From Candidatus Bathyarchaeota archaeon (GTDB taxonomy: Archaea > Thermoproteota > Bathyarchaeia > Bathyarchaeales > Bathycorpusculaceae): a stretch of DNA of 64,000 nucleotides. The stretch covers positions 512,001-576,000 of the forward strand of contig CAWAKC010000001.1 of assembly GCA_963782525.1 (NCBI GenBank). The letters are read 5' to 3'. This document shows positions 47,901-58,438 of this stretch, one piece after another (positions within the stretch are counted from its first letter, which is position 1; every line of letters begins with the position of its first letter). The notes beneath the pieces were generated by a model. That model saw only the letters and a list, made by a program, of their open reading frames with translations, ran no database searches and was not told where the DNA came from. A program made the position numbers and the translations under genes.

Positions 47901-49107
47901 ATTAACCGTCATGATGCTAAGCTGGGAGTATCCTCCAAGAGTCATTGGAGGCATATCCCCACACATCTACTTCTTATCGAAATACTTGGCTAAACAAAAC
48001 GTAAAAGTCTATGTGGTAACCTGCGATTTTCCAGGTGCCCCCGCCCACGAAGTAATCGACGACGTGGAAGTCTACCGGATAGACTCGTATAAGAACCCCT
48101 CACCCGACTTTGCCACTTGGGTTTACTTGATGAACATGAACATGCAGAAAGAAACCGCTTCCCTAACAAAAAAAATCGCGGATAAAATCGATGTTTTCCA
48201 CGCGCATGATTGGCTTGTGGCAAATGCAGGCATCGGCTTGAAGCATGTTTTCAGAAAACCCCTGTTAGTAACCATGCACTCAACTGAGATGGGCAGAAGA
48301 GATGGGTTACATACCACAGCCGAAAAAATGATCCATGAAACCGAAGCATGGCTCACCTACGAAGCATGGAAAGTAATTTGCTGCAGCGACTATATGATTT
48401 CCCACGTAAAATACACTTTTGGTTTGCCAAGCGACAAATTAGTGATGGTTCCAAACGGCGTAAACATTCAGAACTACGTTGGCGATGAAGACTTAAGCCA
48501 ATTCCGAAGCAAATTTGCCCTGCCCGAAGAAAAAATCGTTCTCTTCGTCGGACGCTTAGTTTACGAAAAAGGCATCCACGTCCTAATCAACGCTGTACCC
48601 AAGGTCCTCAGCAAAACAAACGCTAAATTCATAATCGTGGGCAGCGGCTACATGAAAGAGCAACTTCTAAACATCGTGCGCAGCATGGGTTTAGAGCATA
48701 AAGTGCTCTTTGAAGGCTTCCTAGATGAACCAACATTGCTTAAACTACAGAGGGTGGCTGATGTGTCTGTTGTGCCGTCACTTTTTGAACCCTTCGGCAT
48801 CGTTGCGTTGGAAGCTATGGCTGCAAGAAGCCCTGTTGTGGTATCTGACACCGGCGGCTTATCAGAAATTGTTGAACACGATGTCACGGGCGTTAAGGTT
48901 TACCCAAACAACCCTGATTCGTTAGCTTGGGGGATATCCAAAATTCTGCTTGACCCAAACTTCGCCAAATACGTCCGAGATAATGCGTATCGGCGGGTTC
49001 AGGAAAAGTACGACTGGGAAAAAATCGCCCAGCAAACCAAACATATCTACGAGGGCGTTTTAGGCGAATACTCCAAAAGTTTCTGGGCAAATAGCCTGAA
49101 ACCTTGA
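47890..49107 (+). CDS. GT4 glycosyltransferase (glycogen synthase-like)
   Basis: SWEYPPRVIGG, HAHDW, VGRLVYEKG, PSLFEPFGIVALEAMA. Confidence 0.93.
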   Translation: MKDKLTVMMLSWEYPPRVIGGISPHIYFLSKYLAKQNVKVYVVTCDFPGAPAHEVIDDVEVYRIDSYKNPSPDFATWVYLMNMNMQKETASLTKKIADKIDVFHAHDWLVANAGIGLKHVFRKPLLVTMHSTEMGRRDGLHTTAEKMIHETEAWLTYEAWKVICCSDYMISHVKYTFGLPSDKLVMVPNGVNIQNYVGDEDLSQFRSKFALPEEKIVLFVGRLVYEKGIHVLINAVPKVLSKTNAKFIIVGSGYMKEQLLNIVRSMGLEHKVLFEGFLDEPTLLKLQRVADVSVVPSLFEPFGIVALEAMAARSPVVVSDTGGLSEIVEHDVTGVKVYPNNPDSLAWGISKILLDPNFAKYVRDNAYRRVQEKYDWEKIAQQTKHIYEGVLGEYSKSFWANSLKP

Positions 49108-49108
49108 G

Positions 49109-50449
49109 TTATTGCCCAATTACCCTAACGTTTTCCACTTGAATCCAAGGCGAAATCAACTGTCCAATTTGCCGTTCGTTGCCGCCGATTACGCTGATGT
49201 TTTTGAGCAGTTCAAACACGTTGCCGGCAAGCATCACGCCACGGGAGCAATGGGTGATTTTTCCATCTTTGATTTTCCAGGCTGGCGTCGCTACAACGGA
49301 GAATTCGCCGCTGACGGGGTTGCTGCTGTGGGCGCCCTGTAGGTAGTAAACGATTAAGCCGTCTTCCACTTCGCTTATCATTTCCTCAGAGGTTTTGGTT
49401 CCTGGCAGGATATGGAAGTTTGTGGTGTCGATACCCGGCGTTGAGAGGTATCCTGCTCTTGAAGCGTTGCCGGTGCTTTCTTTGCCTTCCCTTCGGGCTG
49501 TATAGTTATCGTAGAGGAAGTTGCGCAGGATTCCTTTTTCTATAACTGGTGTTTTCTGATGCGGCGAGCCTTCTGCATCGAAGCTTCCCGTGTGTAATCC
49601 ACCTGCAAATAAGCCATCGTCGAAGATTGAGAGGCTTTCTGAGGCGACTTTTTCTCCGATTTTGCCCTTAAACGGCGATTGCCCCCTTTGAACGCTGTCG
49701 GCTCTTATGGCGTTGATTAGGGTGTAAGATAGAAGGTCTTGTAGTGCAAATTGTGTGAGGATTACTTTTCCCAATTTGGTTTCCACGGATTTGGTTTTTA
49801 GGGCTGAAAGCGCCATTTTGGCAGCTTCTTTTCCCACCCATGCAGGGTCAAGTTTGTAGTTCCTTGCAGCATTAAACTCAAAGCATACTGGTGTAACGGT
49901 GTTGCCTTCTTTTGCCAGCGTTGCTACACTGCATTCAATCACGGTTCCTTTGTCGAAGGCTGTTATGCCGTTTGAGTTGGCAATGGCGTTAGAAAGATAA
50001 GCGCTGCCTACGCCGCCTTCGATGGGGAAAACTCGTTTATCTACTTGACTTGCGGCGTCCAGCATGGTTACGGCGATTTGTACGAGGTCTTCTGATGTGA
50101 GGTCGACGATTTTTTGGTCAAACGTCTTTTCGGTTGTAGAGTATGGTTTCTTCTCTGGCAGTCCTTTCCAGTCTGGGTCGGGTTTACTTGCTCTAGCTGC
50201 ACTCAAGGCGCTAACTACAGCGCTCTCAACTGCTTTGGAGTCCTCTACGATGTTTGTGTAGGCAAACCCTATGGCTTTGTTGGCAGCTACTCTTATGCCG
50301 AGGCCGCGGTCGATTATGCGGTTGGTCTTGCTGATTTGTCCCAGTTCAATGCCGATGTTGGAGGCTTGCCCCTCGTAAACGTAGGCTTCTGCATCTTGGG
50401 CACCTTTGTTGAGAGCGGCTTTTACGGCGTTCTCAGCTAAACTAATCAT
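49109..50449 (-). CDS. tldE: TldE/PmbA family protein
   Basis: FDAEG, STGNA, GEFS; lacks HExxGH. Confidence 0.92.
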   Translation of the reverse strand: MISLAENAVKAALNKGAQDAEAYVYEGQASNIGIELGQISKTNRIIDRGLGIRVAANKAIGFAYTNIVEDSKAVESAVVSALSAARASKPDPDWKGLPEKKPYSTTEKTFDQKIVDLTSEDLVQIAVTMLDAASQVDKRVFPIEGGVGSAYLSNAIANSNGITAFDKGTVIECSVATLAKEGNTVTPVCFEFNAARNYKLDPAWVGKEAAKMALSALKTKSVETKLGKVILTQFALQDLLSYTLINAIRADSVQRGQSPFKGKIGEKVASESLSIFDDGLFAGGLHTGSFDAEGSPHQKTPVIEKGILRNFLYDNYTARREGKESTGNASRAGYLSTPGIDTTNFHILPGTKTSEEMISEVEDGLIVYYLQGAHSSNPVSGEFSVVATPAWKIKDGKITHCSRGVMLAGNVFELLKNISVIGGNERQIGQLISPWIQVENVRVIGQ

Positions 50450-50459
50450 TAGGTTTTTT

Positions 50460-51845
50460 TCAAGCACTGCCACCGACAACCACCTCACTTAATCTAATGT
50501 GCGGTCCACCATCACTAATAAAAGCTGTCTGACCCTTCCCGCATCGCCCAGGATCCAACATGAAATCTTTTCCCACACCATTCACTTTGTGCAGTGTTTC
50601 TAGAGTGTTGCCGCTAATCGATGCGTTGCGGACTGCGCCGCTTAATTCGCCGTTCACGATTTCGTAGCCTTCCTGGATGCCAACTTGGAAAGTACCATCA
50701 AGGTTTGCTTGTCCACCCCTAAAACTCTTAAAATAATAACCCGACTTAACACCCTCAATTAATTCTTCGACGGTTTGGTCTCTTGGTGCCATGTATGTGC
50801 ATCGCATTCGGATGATTGGTTCTACGCGGAAGTCTTCTGCCCTAGCGTTCCCGGTGGGTTCGGCATTGAATTTTTGTGCGGTCTCCCGGTTATGCATCAG
50901 ACCCTTTACAACGCCATCTTCAATTAGCAATGTTTTGTGGCTTGCAACTCCTTCGTCGTCGTACTTGAATGCGCCAAACGCTTCGGGGATGGTGCCGTCA
51001 TCGTAGAACGTTACCAAGTTTGACCCTATCTTCTTTCCTAAATTGTCCGCTAGCACACCTCCTGAGAGCGCCAAATCTGCCTCTGCCAGGTGCCCAAACG
51101 CCTCATGTACAAACACACCAACTACGTTAGGACCCAAAACTACAGGGAACTTGCCGCCTTTTGGAGATTTAGCGGTTAACTGTTCAACCGCGAGTTTCGC
51201 AACTTTCTCACCTAAGGTCTCGGGCGCCTGTTCGTCGAAGAGCTCGTAGCCTGCTGTAGAGCCTATTTCTTCGCGGCTAAACGTGAACACACCTTTATCC
51301 TGCGCCGAAGCAGTTGTCCGAGCCCAAACGTACAGCTTATCCTGCTCTATGCTGGTGCCGTCGCTGTTCACAAAAAAACTCGAACCCGTTAAATCAAAGT
51401 AGTCGATAGTGCAGCTTTTGATTTTCTTGTTAAATTCTAAACTTACCTTATTCACTGCCAAAGCCGTTTTGATTTTATCTTCCATTTGGATGTCGGCTGG
51501 GTTCTTTTTTGGTTTAGAAAGCACATGGTCTTCTACGACTTTTACGTCGGCAAGTTTAATGGGCGTTTTCAGCCGTTCACTCGCCAACTTCGCCATACGA
51601 CAAGCATCCGAAACCGCGTCTTCCAAAATCGCACCATCAAAGGAACCTACTGAAGCAAAACCCCATGCACCATTCACCAGCACACGGATGGCTACGCCGT
51701 TTTCGATGCCCTGTTTGGCAGCTTCTACACGTTCCTCTTTTAGGGTCAAGGCTGTTTTGTAGAGTTTTTGACCTCTGGCTTCTGCGTATTGGGCACCGAA
51801 CTTTTGGGTGGCGGTGTTGTTAATTTTTGTTAGAAGGTCTTTCAA
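50460..51845 (-). CDS. tldD: TldD family metalloprotease
   Basis: [27 protein letters not shown]. Confidence 0.95.
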   Translation of the reverse strand: MKDLLTKINNTATQKFGAQYAEARGQKLYKTALTLKEERVEAAKQGIENGVAIRVLVNGAWGFASVGSFDGAILEDAVSDACRMAKLASERLKTPIKLADVKVVEDHVLSKPKKNPADIQMEDKIKTALAVNKVSLEFNKKIKSCTIDYFDLTGSSFFVNSDGTSIEQDKLYVWARTTASAQDKGVFTFSREEIGSTAGYELFDEQAPETLGEKVAKLAVEQLTAKSPKGGKFPVVLGPNVVGVFVHEAFGHLAEADLALSGGVLADNLGKKIGSNLVTFYDDGTIPEAFGAFKYDDEGVASHKTLLIEDGVVKGLMHNRETAQKFNAEPTGNARAEDFRVEPIIRMRCTYMAPRDQTVEELIEGVKSGYYFKSFRGGQANLDGTFQVGIQEGYEIVNGELSGAVRNASISGNTLETLHKVNGVGKDFMLDPGRCGKGQTAFISDGGPHIRLSEVVVGGSA

Positions 51846-51905
51846 GAGTAAACGTCCTTTCCAAAACTAGATTTGTTTGTAGGAATTAAACGATTTGTTT
51901 TGGTT

Positions 51906-53204
51906 TTACCAGAAATCAGTCATGCTCTTCTGCTTAACGATTGGCTGGATTAGTTTGGGCTTAAGTTTAACCTGCGGTGGCACATCGACACCTAAAACCA
52001 ACTGTCCATAGACGCCGTCGTATCCAGGCGTAACCTTAGCGTTGCCATCCCGGACCTTAACGATGGCTTGAGCCATGGAAGCATCTACCACCTGTGCCAA
52101 CGCATCTAATGGCGCATCAATCAAAACCGAATATTCATCACCAAATTTTTCAATCAACAAATTATAATTTTTCCAGACCGCCTGAGTCGAAGGCGAATCA
52201 GTCCCAAGCACTGTTGCAATGATTTCTGAGAGTGGAAGCAGACGCATAAACCCCGGTGCTCCCGGACGTCTGAAATCTGTTGGTCTATCGGCGAGTTCCT
52301 CAACACGTTGTTCAACTCCTTTGGTGAGTGGTCGGCGACAAACTGGGCACATGTTGCCGAATTTTATGGCTTCCGCAGGTGAGAGAGAAATTTTGCAGTT
52401 TCGGTGCCCTGTCCAATGGTATTTGCCATAGGCAGGGTCAGTTTCGATAGTAAACTTGAAGTGCGAGGAATCGTTGGCGATGATTGCATCGGTGGCTTCT
52501 TTGTAGCTGAATTTTTCGAGTTCAAAAACGTTGGCTTCTCTGCCGATGCGCCATGGCCAGAAACTGTGGCAGTCACTGTTCGAAACGAGCGCGTACCGGT
52601 CGAGTTTGCTGAGTCGCCAGTTCATGGGTGGGTCAGACGACAACCCCGTTTCTAATGCGTGGATGTGTTTGGTCATGTCCTGGTAGCAGGCTTCTACGGT
52701 GTCAAAGCCACTGAAGGCGCCGAAGATGCTGAACCATGGAGTCCAAGCGTGCGCTGGAAAAACCATGTTGTCGCCACAGATCTCCATTACCTGCTCAACC
52801 AACTGGGATGCTGAAACGTTGAGGATGGGTCTGCCGTCTGAGCTTAAACTGCCGAAGCTTTGAAGTCGCTCATTGATTTGCTCGGCGGTTTCAAGCCAGG
52901 GAGTAAGTATGACATGGTGAACTTTCTTTGATTCGCCCTTATGCTCGAAGATTGTGCAAACTTCTGTTTGCAACATGAAACGCATAGGTGAGTCTGCGTT
53001 GGTTAATTTGAAGAGGCCCGAGTCACCGTCAGGGGCAAGTGTTTCGTTGATTTCTTTTAGCCACAGGGGATGGGTAAAATCGCCCGTGCCAACCAAGTTA
53101 AGTCCCTTGATTTTTGCGTACTTTGCGATTTCTGGAATGCTCATTTGCTCGCTTGTGGCTCGGCTGTATTTGCCATGGATGTGCAGGTCAGCTATGACTC
53201 TCAT
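51906..53204 (-). CDS. Endonuclease Q-family PHP-domain nuclease
   Basis: DLHIHGKYSRATS, GTGDFTHP, PAHAWTP, ETGLSSD, SNSDCHS, GKYH..GHR.C, CPVC, PGYDG.YG. Confidence 0.88.
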   Translation of the reverse strand: MRVIADLHIHGKYSRATSEQMSIPEIAKYAKIKGLNLVGTGDFTHPLWLKEINETLAPDGDSGLFKLTNADSPMRFMLQTEVCTIFEHKGESKKVHHVILTPWLETAEQINERLQSFGSLSSDGRPILNVSASQLVEQVMEICGDNMVFPAHAWTPWFSIFGAFSGFDTVEACYQDMTKHIHALETGLSSDPPMNWRLSKLDRYALVSNSDCHSFWPWRIGREANVFELEKFSYKEATDAIIANDSSHFKFTIETDPAYGKYHWTGHRNCKISLSPAEAIKFGNMCPVCRRPLTKGVEQRVEELADRPTDFRRPGAPGFMRLLPLSEIIATVLGTDSPSTQAVWKNYNLLIEKFGDEYSVLIDAPLDALAQVVDASMAQAIVKVRDGNAKVTPGYDGVYGQLVLGVDVPPQVKLKPKLIQPIVKQKSMTDFW

Positions 53205-53287
53205 GTATGGTGGCCAATTCCTAGCATGGTTGCTGAGCGCTTTAAGGCTTTCCTGTATCAAAACTGAAACTGTGCGAAGCGTTACTG

Positions 53288-53848
53288 TTACGTTTGTTTT
53301 AGCTTTATGATCCACACGGCGAGGGCTTCAAGCAGTTGGTGGATAAGTTGGCGTGTTTGCTCGTTAGTGACGTTTCCGTTGACGTCCACGTTGTGCATTG
53401 CATCTGATAGCATGACTTCAGGTCGGTTAACCGGCTGCATGTTAAGGAAAATGAATGCTTGCCGCAGGTGATATTGTGCTCGGGCGCCGCCGAACCTGCC
53501 TGTGGATGCACTCATGATGGCGACTGGTTTACCTTCCAGCGGCGTGTCGGCTCTGGGTCTCGAAGCACAGTCGATGGCGTTTTTGAGGACACCAGAAAAT
53601 GAGTAATTATACTCTGGAGTTGCAATTAGAAGTGCATCAGCGCTTCTGATTGCATCCTTAAATTCCTTAACCCTCTGAGGTGGATTAGCCTCGAATTCCT
53701 GGTTGAACGGTGGTATACCTTCTAAATCAAAAACTTCGATTTCAATGTTTTCGGGCACCACTTCAACGGCTGCGCGGATTAGAGCTTTGTTGAATGAGCC
53801 TTTCCTTAAGCTTCCCGCAAAGGCGAGAACTTTAAGTTTTTCGGACAT
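53288..53848 (-). CDS. NAD(P)H-dependent FMN reductase (ChrR-like)
   Basis: GSLRKGSFN, TPEYN....LKNAID, GGARAQYHLRQ. Confidence 0.95.
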   Translation of the reverse strand: MSEKLKVLAFAGSLRKGSFNKALIRAAVEVVPENIEIEVFDLEGIPPFNQEFEANPPQRVKEFKDAIRSADALLIATPEYNYSFSGVLKNAIDCASRPRADTPLEGKPVAIMSASTGRFGGARAQYHLRQAFIFLNMQPVNRPEVMLSDAMHNVDVNGNVTNEQTRQLIHQLLEALAVWIIKLKQT

Positions 53849-53963
53849 GAGAGCCACCAGAACAAATAAAATGAATCAACCAAGCAGATTTAAACTTGCT
53901 TACAACGTATTCCCATGTCTGCGTAATTTTAAAAAATTTAAAAAACAAAAAGAAAGGTGGTGG

Positions 53964-55091
53964 TTAGTCTTCTCGCCATTTGAACAGTCTAACTGCCAAG
54001 ATGAAGATTACAGCCGTGATAGCTAACACTACTGCCATATCGATAAGGGCTCCACCGATGTTACCGTACACCATAACGTTGTTTAATCCCTCGATAATGT
54101 AGAACAGCGGCAGGACATGTGCAAATGTTTGCAGGTAGGTAGGCATGATGCTAATTGGGAAGAATGTGCCTGACAGGAACATCATTGGAAATGTCACTAT
54201 GTTGCCTATGACTCCAGCAGTTTCTGGGTTCTTGGTCACAGTGCCGACTAGCATGCCGAGCGCTGCAAATAGCATTGGACCCAAAATGAGGAAGGGTATA
54301 AGCCAAGGTGACAGGGTGACATGTGCGCCGTAAGCTGCGATTCCCACCGTAACCATCAACAGAAAACCAGCAACCGTCAAAACAATGTACCAGATAACTT
54401 TCGAGGTTAGCCACTCCATCTTTGTAAGCGGGGTTAAGGAGAGCTGTTTGAAGAGTTTTGTTTTCTTGTATTCGGAGGAAATGTTGACTAGCGAGAACAT
54501 TGGGCTGGTTAAGATGGCAAAGCCGATTAATCCTGGGATGAGGAAGTCTATGGTTTTTGTTTGTTGGGTGTTCACTGTCGCGGAGGTTATGCCTATGATT
54601 GCGGGGGTTGTGTCGTTGTATTTTCGCTGAAAGTAGTTGAGGTTGTAATAATTTGCGTATCCGTTAACTGTTCCGCCCACGATGCCACTTGTGCTTGCTG
54701 TAGGATTACCGTAAACTGTAATGTTTACTTGATGACCTGAGGCATAGTTCGCTGAGAAATCTGCAGGTATAATTATGCCGTCAGATGAAGAGTGGTCAGC
54801 TAGGTACTGTGAAAAATTCGCTGAAGGATCAACAGTAAAGACCTTAATGGTACCAGATTCATTTAACGACGTAAGAAAGGTTGCGCCTATGTTTGTTCCG
54901 CCTGGGAGACCGGTATCTTTGTTTTGAGCATAAACACTAATTGTTCCTAAACCGTTTCCAGAGAAAATCGCTCCGAAAATCAAAATCAAGATAACTGGGA
55001 AGATTAAGCCGAAGAACAAACCGAACTTGTTTCTTAAGTATCCTCGGCTGAAGACTTTGAAGTCTGAATAGATTCTTTTTCCATTGACCAT
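53964..55091 (-). CDS. ABC-2 type exporter permease
   Basis: IPGLIGF, FPMMFLSGTFFP, LPL.Y. Confidence 0.93.
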   Translation of the reverse strand: MVNGKRIYSDFKVFSRGYLRNKFGLFFGLIFPVILILIFGAIFSGNGLGTISVYAQNKDTGLPGGTNIGATFLTSLNESGTIKVFTVDPSANFSQYLADHSSSDGIIIPADFSANYASGHQVNITVYGNPTASTSGIVGGTVNGYANYYNLNYFQRKYNDTTPAIIGITSATVNTQQTKTIDFLIPGLIGFAILTSPMFSLVNISSEYKKTKLFKQLSLTPLTKMEWLTSKVIWYIVLTVAGFLLMVTVGIAAYGAHVTLSPWLIPFLILGPMLFAALGMLVGTVTKNPETAGVIGNIVTFPMMFLSGTFFPISIMPTYLQTFAHVLPLFYIIEGLNNVMVYGNIGGALIDMAVVLAITAVIFILAVRLFKWRED

Positions 55092-55093
55092 TT

Positions 55094-56050
55094 TTAGCGC
55101 CTCCGCTTTTTACTAGTTTTGTCATCTGAAGTAGGTTCTACTTCGCTGATAGGTTCGTTAACGAGCTTAACAAACACGTCGTCTAAACTGTCTTGACGCG
55201 TTTGGATATCGCCCCATTCCAAACCTGACTGCTCAGCAGCCGCCAAAGCCGCGAGGGCATCAATCTTCTTTTTCAGTGGAATAGTAACTACTTCTTTGAC
55301 GGTGTCGTAGTCAACTTGCAATTCGGTGTTTGCCTTGATATAGTCGGCGAGTTTTTGGGTTCCTTGAATCTCTAAGCGTTCACCCGAACCATGCTGCTGG
55401 ATGATTTCTTCGGTAGTTCCCATGGCTACGATGTGTCCGTGGTCCATGATGGCTACTCTGTCAGAGAGTTGCTGTGCCTCGTCGAGGTAATGGGTTGTTA
55501 GGATGATGGTTTTTCCTTTAGCCTTTAATCCGCGGATGACTTCCCAGATTGCTCGCCTCGCGTTGGGATCCAAACCCGTGGTTGGCTCATCTAAAAAGAG
55601 CAGTTCAGGCGAGTTAACTAGTGAAAGCGCAAGTCCTGTTTTCTGTTTCTGCCCGCCTGAGAGACTGTCAAAATTTACTTTAGCGGATTCCTGCAACAGA
55701 ACCTCTTTTAAAATTTCATCTGGGTTAACTTTGATGCCGAAAAGGTCAGCGTAGTAAATTATGGCTTCTCTTGGAGTGGTTTTTTCAAAGAACGTAAATT
55801 CCTGTGGAATAACGCCGATTTTCTTGTGAAGTTCGTAACCGTTTTTCCATGGGTCGAGTCCGAGTACTTTTACGTCTCCTCCGTCTCGTTCACGCAAACC
55901 CTCCATGATTTCAATGGTAGTGGTTTTGCCTGCGCCGTTTGGACCCAAAAGTCCGAAGACCTCGCCTTCTTTAACTGTGAAGGAGATGCCGTCAACGGCT
56001 TTTAGGTCGCCGTAGTGTTTTTTTAGGGATGAAACTTCAATTGGTAACAT
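55094..56050 (-). CDS. ABC exporter ATP-binding protein
   Basis: GPNGAGKTT, LSGGQ, LFLDEPTTGLD, TTHY. Confidence 0.96.
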   Translation of the reverse strand: MLPIEVSSLKKHYGDLKAVDGISFTVKEGEVFGLLGPNGAGKTTTIEIMEGLRERDGGDVKVLGLDPWKNGYELHKKIGVIPQEFTFFEKTTPREAIIYYADLFGIKVNPDEILKEVLLQESAKVNFDSLSGGQKQKTGLALSLVNSPELLFLDEPTTGLDPNARRAIWEVIRGLKAKGKTIILTTHYLDEAQQLSDRVAIMDHGHIVAMGTTEEIIQQHGSGERLEIQGTQKLADYIKANTELQVDYDTVKEVVTIPLKKKIDALAALAAAEQSGLEWGDIQTRQDSLDDVFVKLVNEPISEVEPTSDDKTSKKRRR

Positions 56051-56162
56051 ACTTTATTAGCTCCTTGAAATCGTAAACTGCTGTCTTTTCTTAGGTGCAT
56101 GCTCGGATAGAAATATAATTTTCGGCTATAGAAAACGGATAAATAGCATCTTCAGGCGGTAA

Positions 56163-56678
56163 CTAAGTTGGTGCTTTCTTGAGAATTTTTTTGTTTTTAG
56201 TTGATGTCTCATTTACTTTTGCAAAAATAAACATCGTTAAATCTTCAGGCGAAATGTACCTGGGACCACGTTCATGGTGAACCTGAACTTCCATCGTATC
56301 CTTGCTGAAGATGCTTCGTAACATGTAATAATCAAACTTTAAAGCAGTCCGACTTTCGCCCGCTCCTTTGTAGTATCGTATTGAACAGAAAAAATCCATC
56401 GAATCCAACTGTTTCTTCACCAGAAAACTCAATGTTTTCTTAACTTCTTCATCGTCAATATAGTTGAAGTCTCCTGATTCAGCCAGTCCGAACTCAAAAA
56501 TCACCCTGCCCCCGGGTATGGTGGGGTTGGCTACTTCTTCAAAACTGTATTCGCTGCAGTTAATGAATTTTAAAACTTTGATTAATTTTTGTTGGAGCTG
56601 CTTGCTTGAAAGAGTTGAATTGAACCTGTCGACGCGATGAATGTTCATCGGAAAATTTTCGTAGAAACCCAGAGTCAA
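56163..56678 (-). CDS. Hypothetical protein
   Basis: Co-oriented in operon; LGFYENFP, LKFDYY, HHERGPRYISPEDL look like conserved blocks. Confidence 0.7.
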   Translation of the reverse strand: MTLGFYENFPMNIHRVDRFNSTLSSKQLQQKLIKVLKFINCSEYSFEEVANPTIPGGRVIFEFGLAESGDFNYIDDEEVKKTLSFLVKKQLDSMDFFCSIRYYKGAGESRTALKFDYYMLRSIFSKDTMEVQVHHERGPRYISPEDLTMFIFAKVNETSTKNKKILKKAPT

Positions 56679-56689
56679 ATTGGTCGTGC

Positions 56690-57055
56690 TCAGGCTTTCA
56701 TTTTTTTGATTTTTTCAAGCGTATTTAGTAGTTCCGAGAGTGCACTGGTGAGTTTTTGTAGTTCATCCATGTCCTGAGTTTTTTCAATTTTACCCTCTAT
56801 TTCCGTTATCTTCGTCATCAATGTTGTTTCAAGCTTATCGTAGTTTGTACTGGGCGCTGGCGCTTGTTTGGGTGCTTCTTCGCCTTCCTTGACGACTACC
56901 ACTTTTTTCTCGTCTTTTGCGCACCAAAGTGTGCCGTCTTTAAGCCTAAAGAGGGGGGATGAACAGGCTGGGCAGGATAGGTCAGTCAATGCAGCGCCTT
57001 GGAGCAGAAGATTTGCGCCTCGTTTGACAACTGTGTTTTCTGGTCTAGGTTTCAT
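56690..57055 (-). CDS. UPF0148 / Sjogren autoantigen p27-like Zn-ribbon protein
   Basis: A.LLLQGA.L...SCPACSSPLF. Confidence 0.85.
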   Translation of the reverse strand: MKPRPENTVVKRGANLLLQGAALTDLSCPACSSPLFRLKDGTLWCAKDEKKVVVVKEGEEAPKQAPAPSTNYDKLETTLMTKITEIEGKIEKTQDMDELQKLTSALSELLNTLEKIKKMKA

Positions 57056-57130
57056 GGTGAACCCCAAAGTAAATACGTCTCAATGCTTATATAACTTGGT
57101 CACTGCCAAAGTGCATCAGAGGGAATATTT

Positions 57131-57409
57131 ATGGTGCGGAAGAAAAAATCGGATGAGTATGAAGCAAAGATTCAGCAAGCACTAGTTGTTCTGACCGAGG
57201 TTTCTGAAGATAGTACAACGCCACGTAACATCCGTCGCTCCGCAAAAGACGCCATGAGCTCTCTGCAAAGCGCCGAATACACTCCTGCAGTACGTGCTTC
57301 AAACGCAGTGTCGATGCTGGATGAGATTCTGCAAGATCCCAACATGCCACCGTACACTCGGGTTAAACTCTGGAACGTTATGAGCTTCATCGAAGCCATA
57401 AAAGACTAA
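57131..57409 (+). CDS. UPF0147 family protein
   Basis: D.TTPRNIRR, DPNMP..TR..LW. Confidence 0.92.
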   Translation: MVRKKKSDEYEAKIQQALVVLTEVSEDSTTPRNIRRSAKDAMSSLQSAEYTPAVRASNAVSMLDEILQDPNMPPYTRVKLWNVMSFIEAIKD

Positions 57410-57435
57410 TTTTATTTGATTTTAGCATTTGATTG

Positions 57436-57906
57436 CTATTTTGCTTGTTTAATCGATTTTTTGCATTCGTTGTATGAGGCAGCGCAATGCATGCAGCAGA
57501 ACGCTATTTCTTTGCCATCGATGACTTCTCGGTAGCCGCCCGCGTAGACTTTGCAGCCGCAGTGAGCACAAACATAGATGCTTGGTTCAATGGCGATTGC
57601 AACCAAGGTGGCGAAGCGTTTGAAAAGCCCCGTACATAATCCCCTTCCTTCTTCTGTGAGTTCAAAGACTTTTTTTATCTTGTCGCCAGTTGGCTTTAGA
57701 GAATGCTTTACTAAACCCTTGTCCTCGAGTTGCTGCAAGAATGGATAGACTAGACTGGGGCTGATTTCTTTTTTGACGCGTTTTTTGAATTGGTTGATTA
57801 TGCTGTAGCCGTGGGCTGGTCCCTCGTAGAGGATGGTGAGTATGTAGAAGCGTGAGAAGTCGCTGATTAAGTCGTCGATGTTTGAATGCTGCGGGTCACT
57901 TACCAT
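57436..57906 (-). CDS. PadR-family regulator with C-terminal TRASH metal-binding domain
   Basis: GPAHGY, VYPFL..LE.KGLV, FELTEEG; CAHCG...AFCCMHC. Confidence 0.88.
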   Translation of the reverse strand: MVSDPQHSNIDDLISDFSRFYILTILYEGPAHGYSIINQFKKRVKKEISPSLVYPFLQQLEDKGLVKHSLKPTGDKIKKVFELTEEGRGLCTGLFKRFATLVAIAIEPSIYVCAHCGCKVYAGGYREVIDGKEIAFCCMHCAASYNECKKSIKQAK

Positions 57907-58003
57907 GTTGGTCTTTATTGGTTTGGTTTGCTGTTATAAATGTTATTCAGATATATCTAAAAAATACTCATGCCAAATTAATTAAACCCGAATCAACATA
58001 TCT

Positions 58004-58354
58004 TTGATAATCATGAAAGTCTTCAACTACAAAACCGTCCAAACAGAAAAAGCAGACTGCTGCCCAGAAAAAACCCAGATACGATGGCTAATCACCAAAG
58101 AGATGGGTGCACCAAACTTTGCCATGCGCCTCTTTGAGATGGCACCAGGCGGATTCAGCCCCCTACATAATCATGCATGGGAACACGAAGTATTCGTGTT
58201 AGAAGGACAAGGCGGAATTTTTGACGGAGAAAAAACAACACCTCTACAAGGAGGGGACGTAGTTTTTGTACCTCCAAACGAACTACACCAATTCAGAAAC
58301 AGCGGCGAAGCGCAACTAAAGTTCCTCTGCTTAATCCCCCATACGGAAAAGTAA
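58004..58354 (+). CDS. Cupin domain protein
   Basis: PLHNHAWEHEVFVLEG, FVPPNELHQF. Confidence 0.92.
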   Translation: MIIMKVFNYKTVQTEKADCCPEKTQIRWLITKEMGAPNFAMRLFEMAPGGFSPLHNHAWEHEVFVLEGQGGIFDGEKTTPLQGGDVVFVPPNELHQFRNSGEAQLKFLCLIPHTEK

Positions 58355-58438
58355 CTTTCCACTTAGTTGGGTACGTTGTAGCTAAAAATATATGCTAGTT
58401 GTTACATCTAAGTTTGGGTTCCAAGAGGGCAAAATTCC

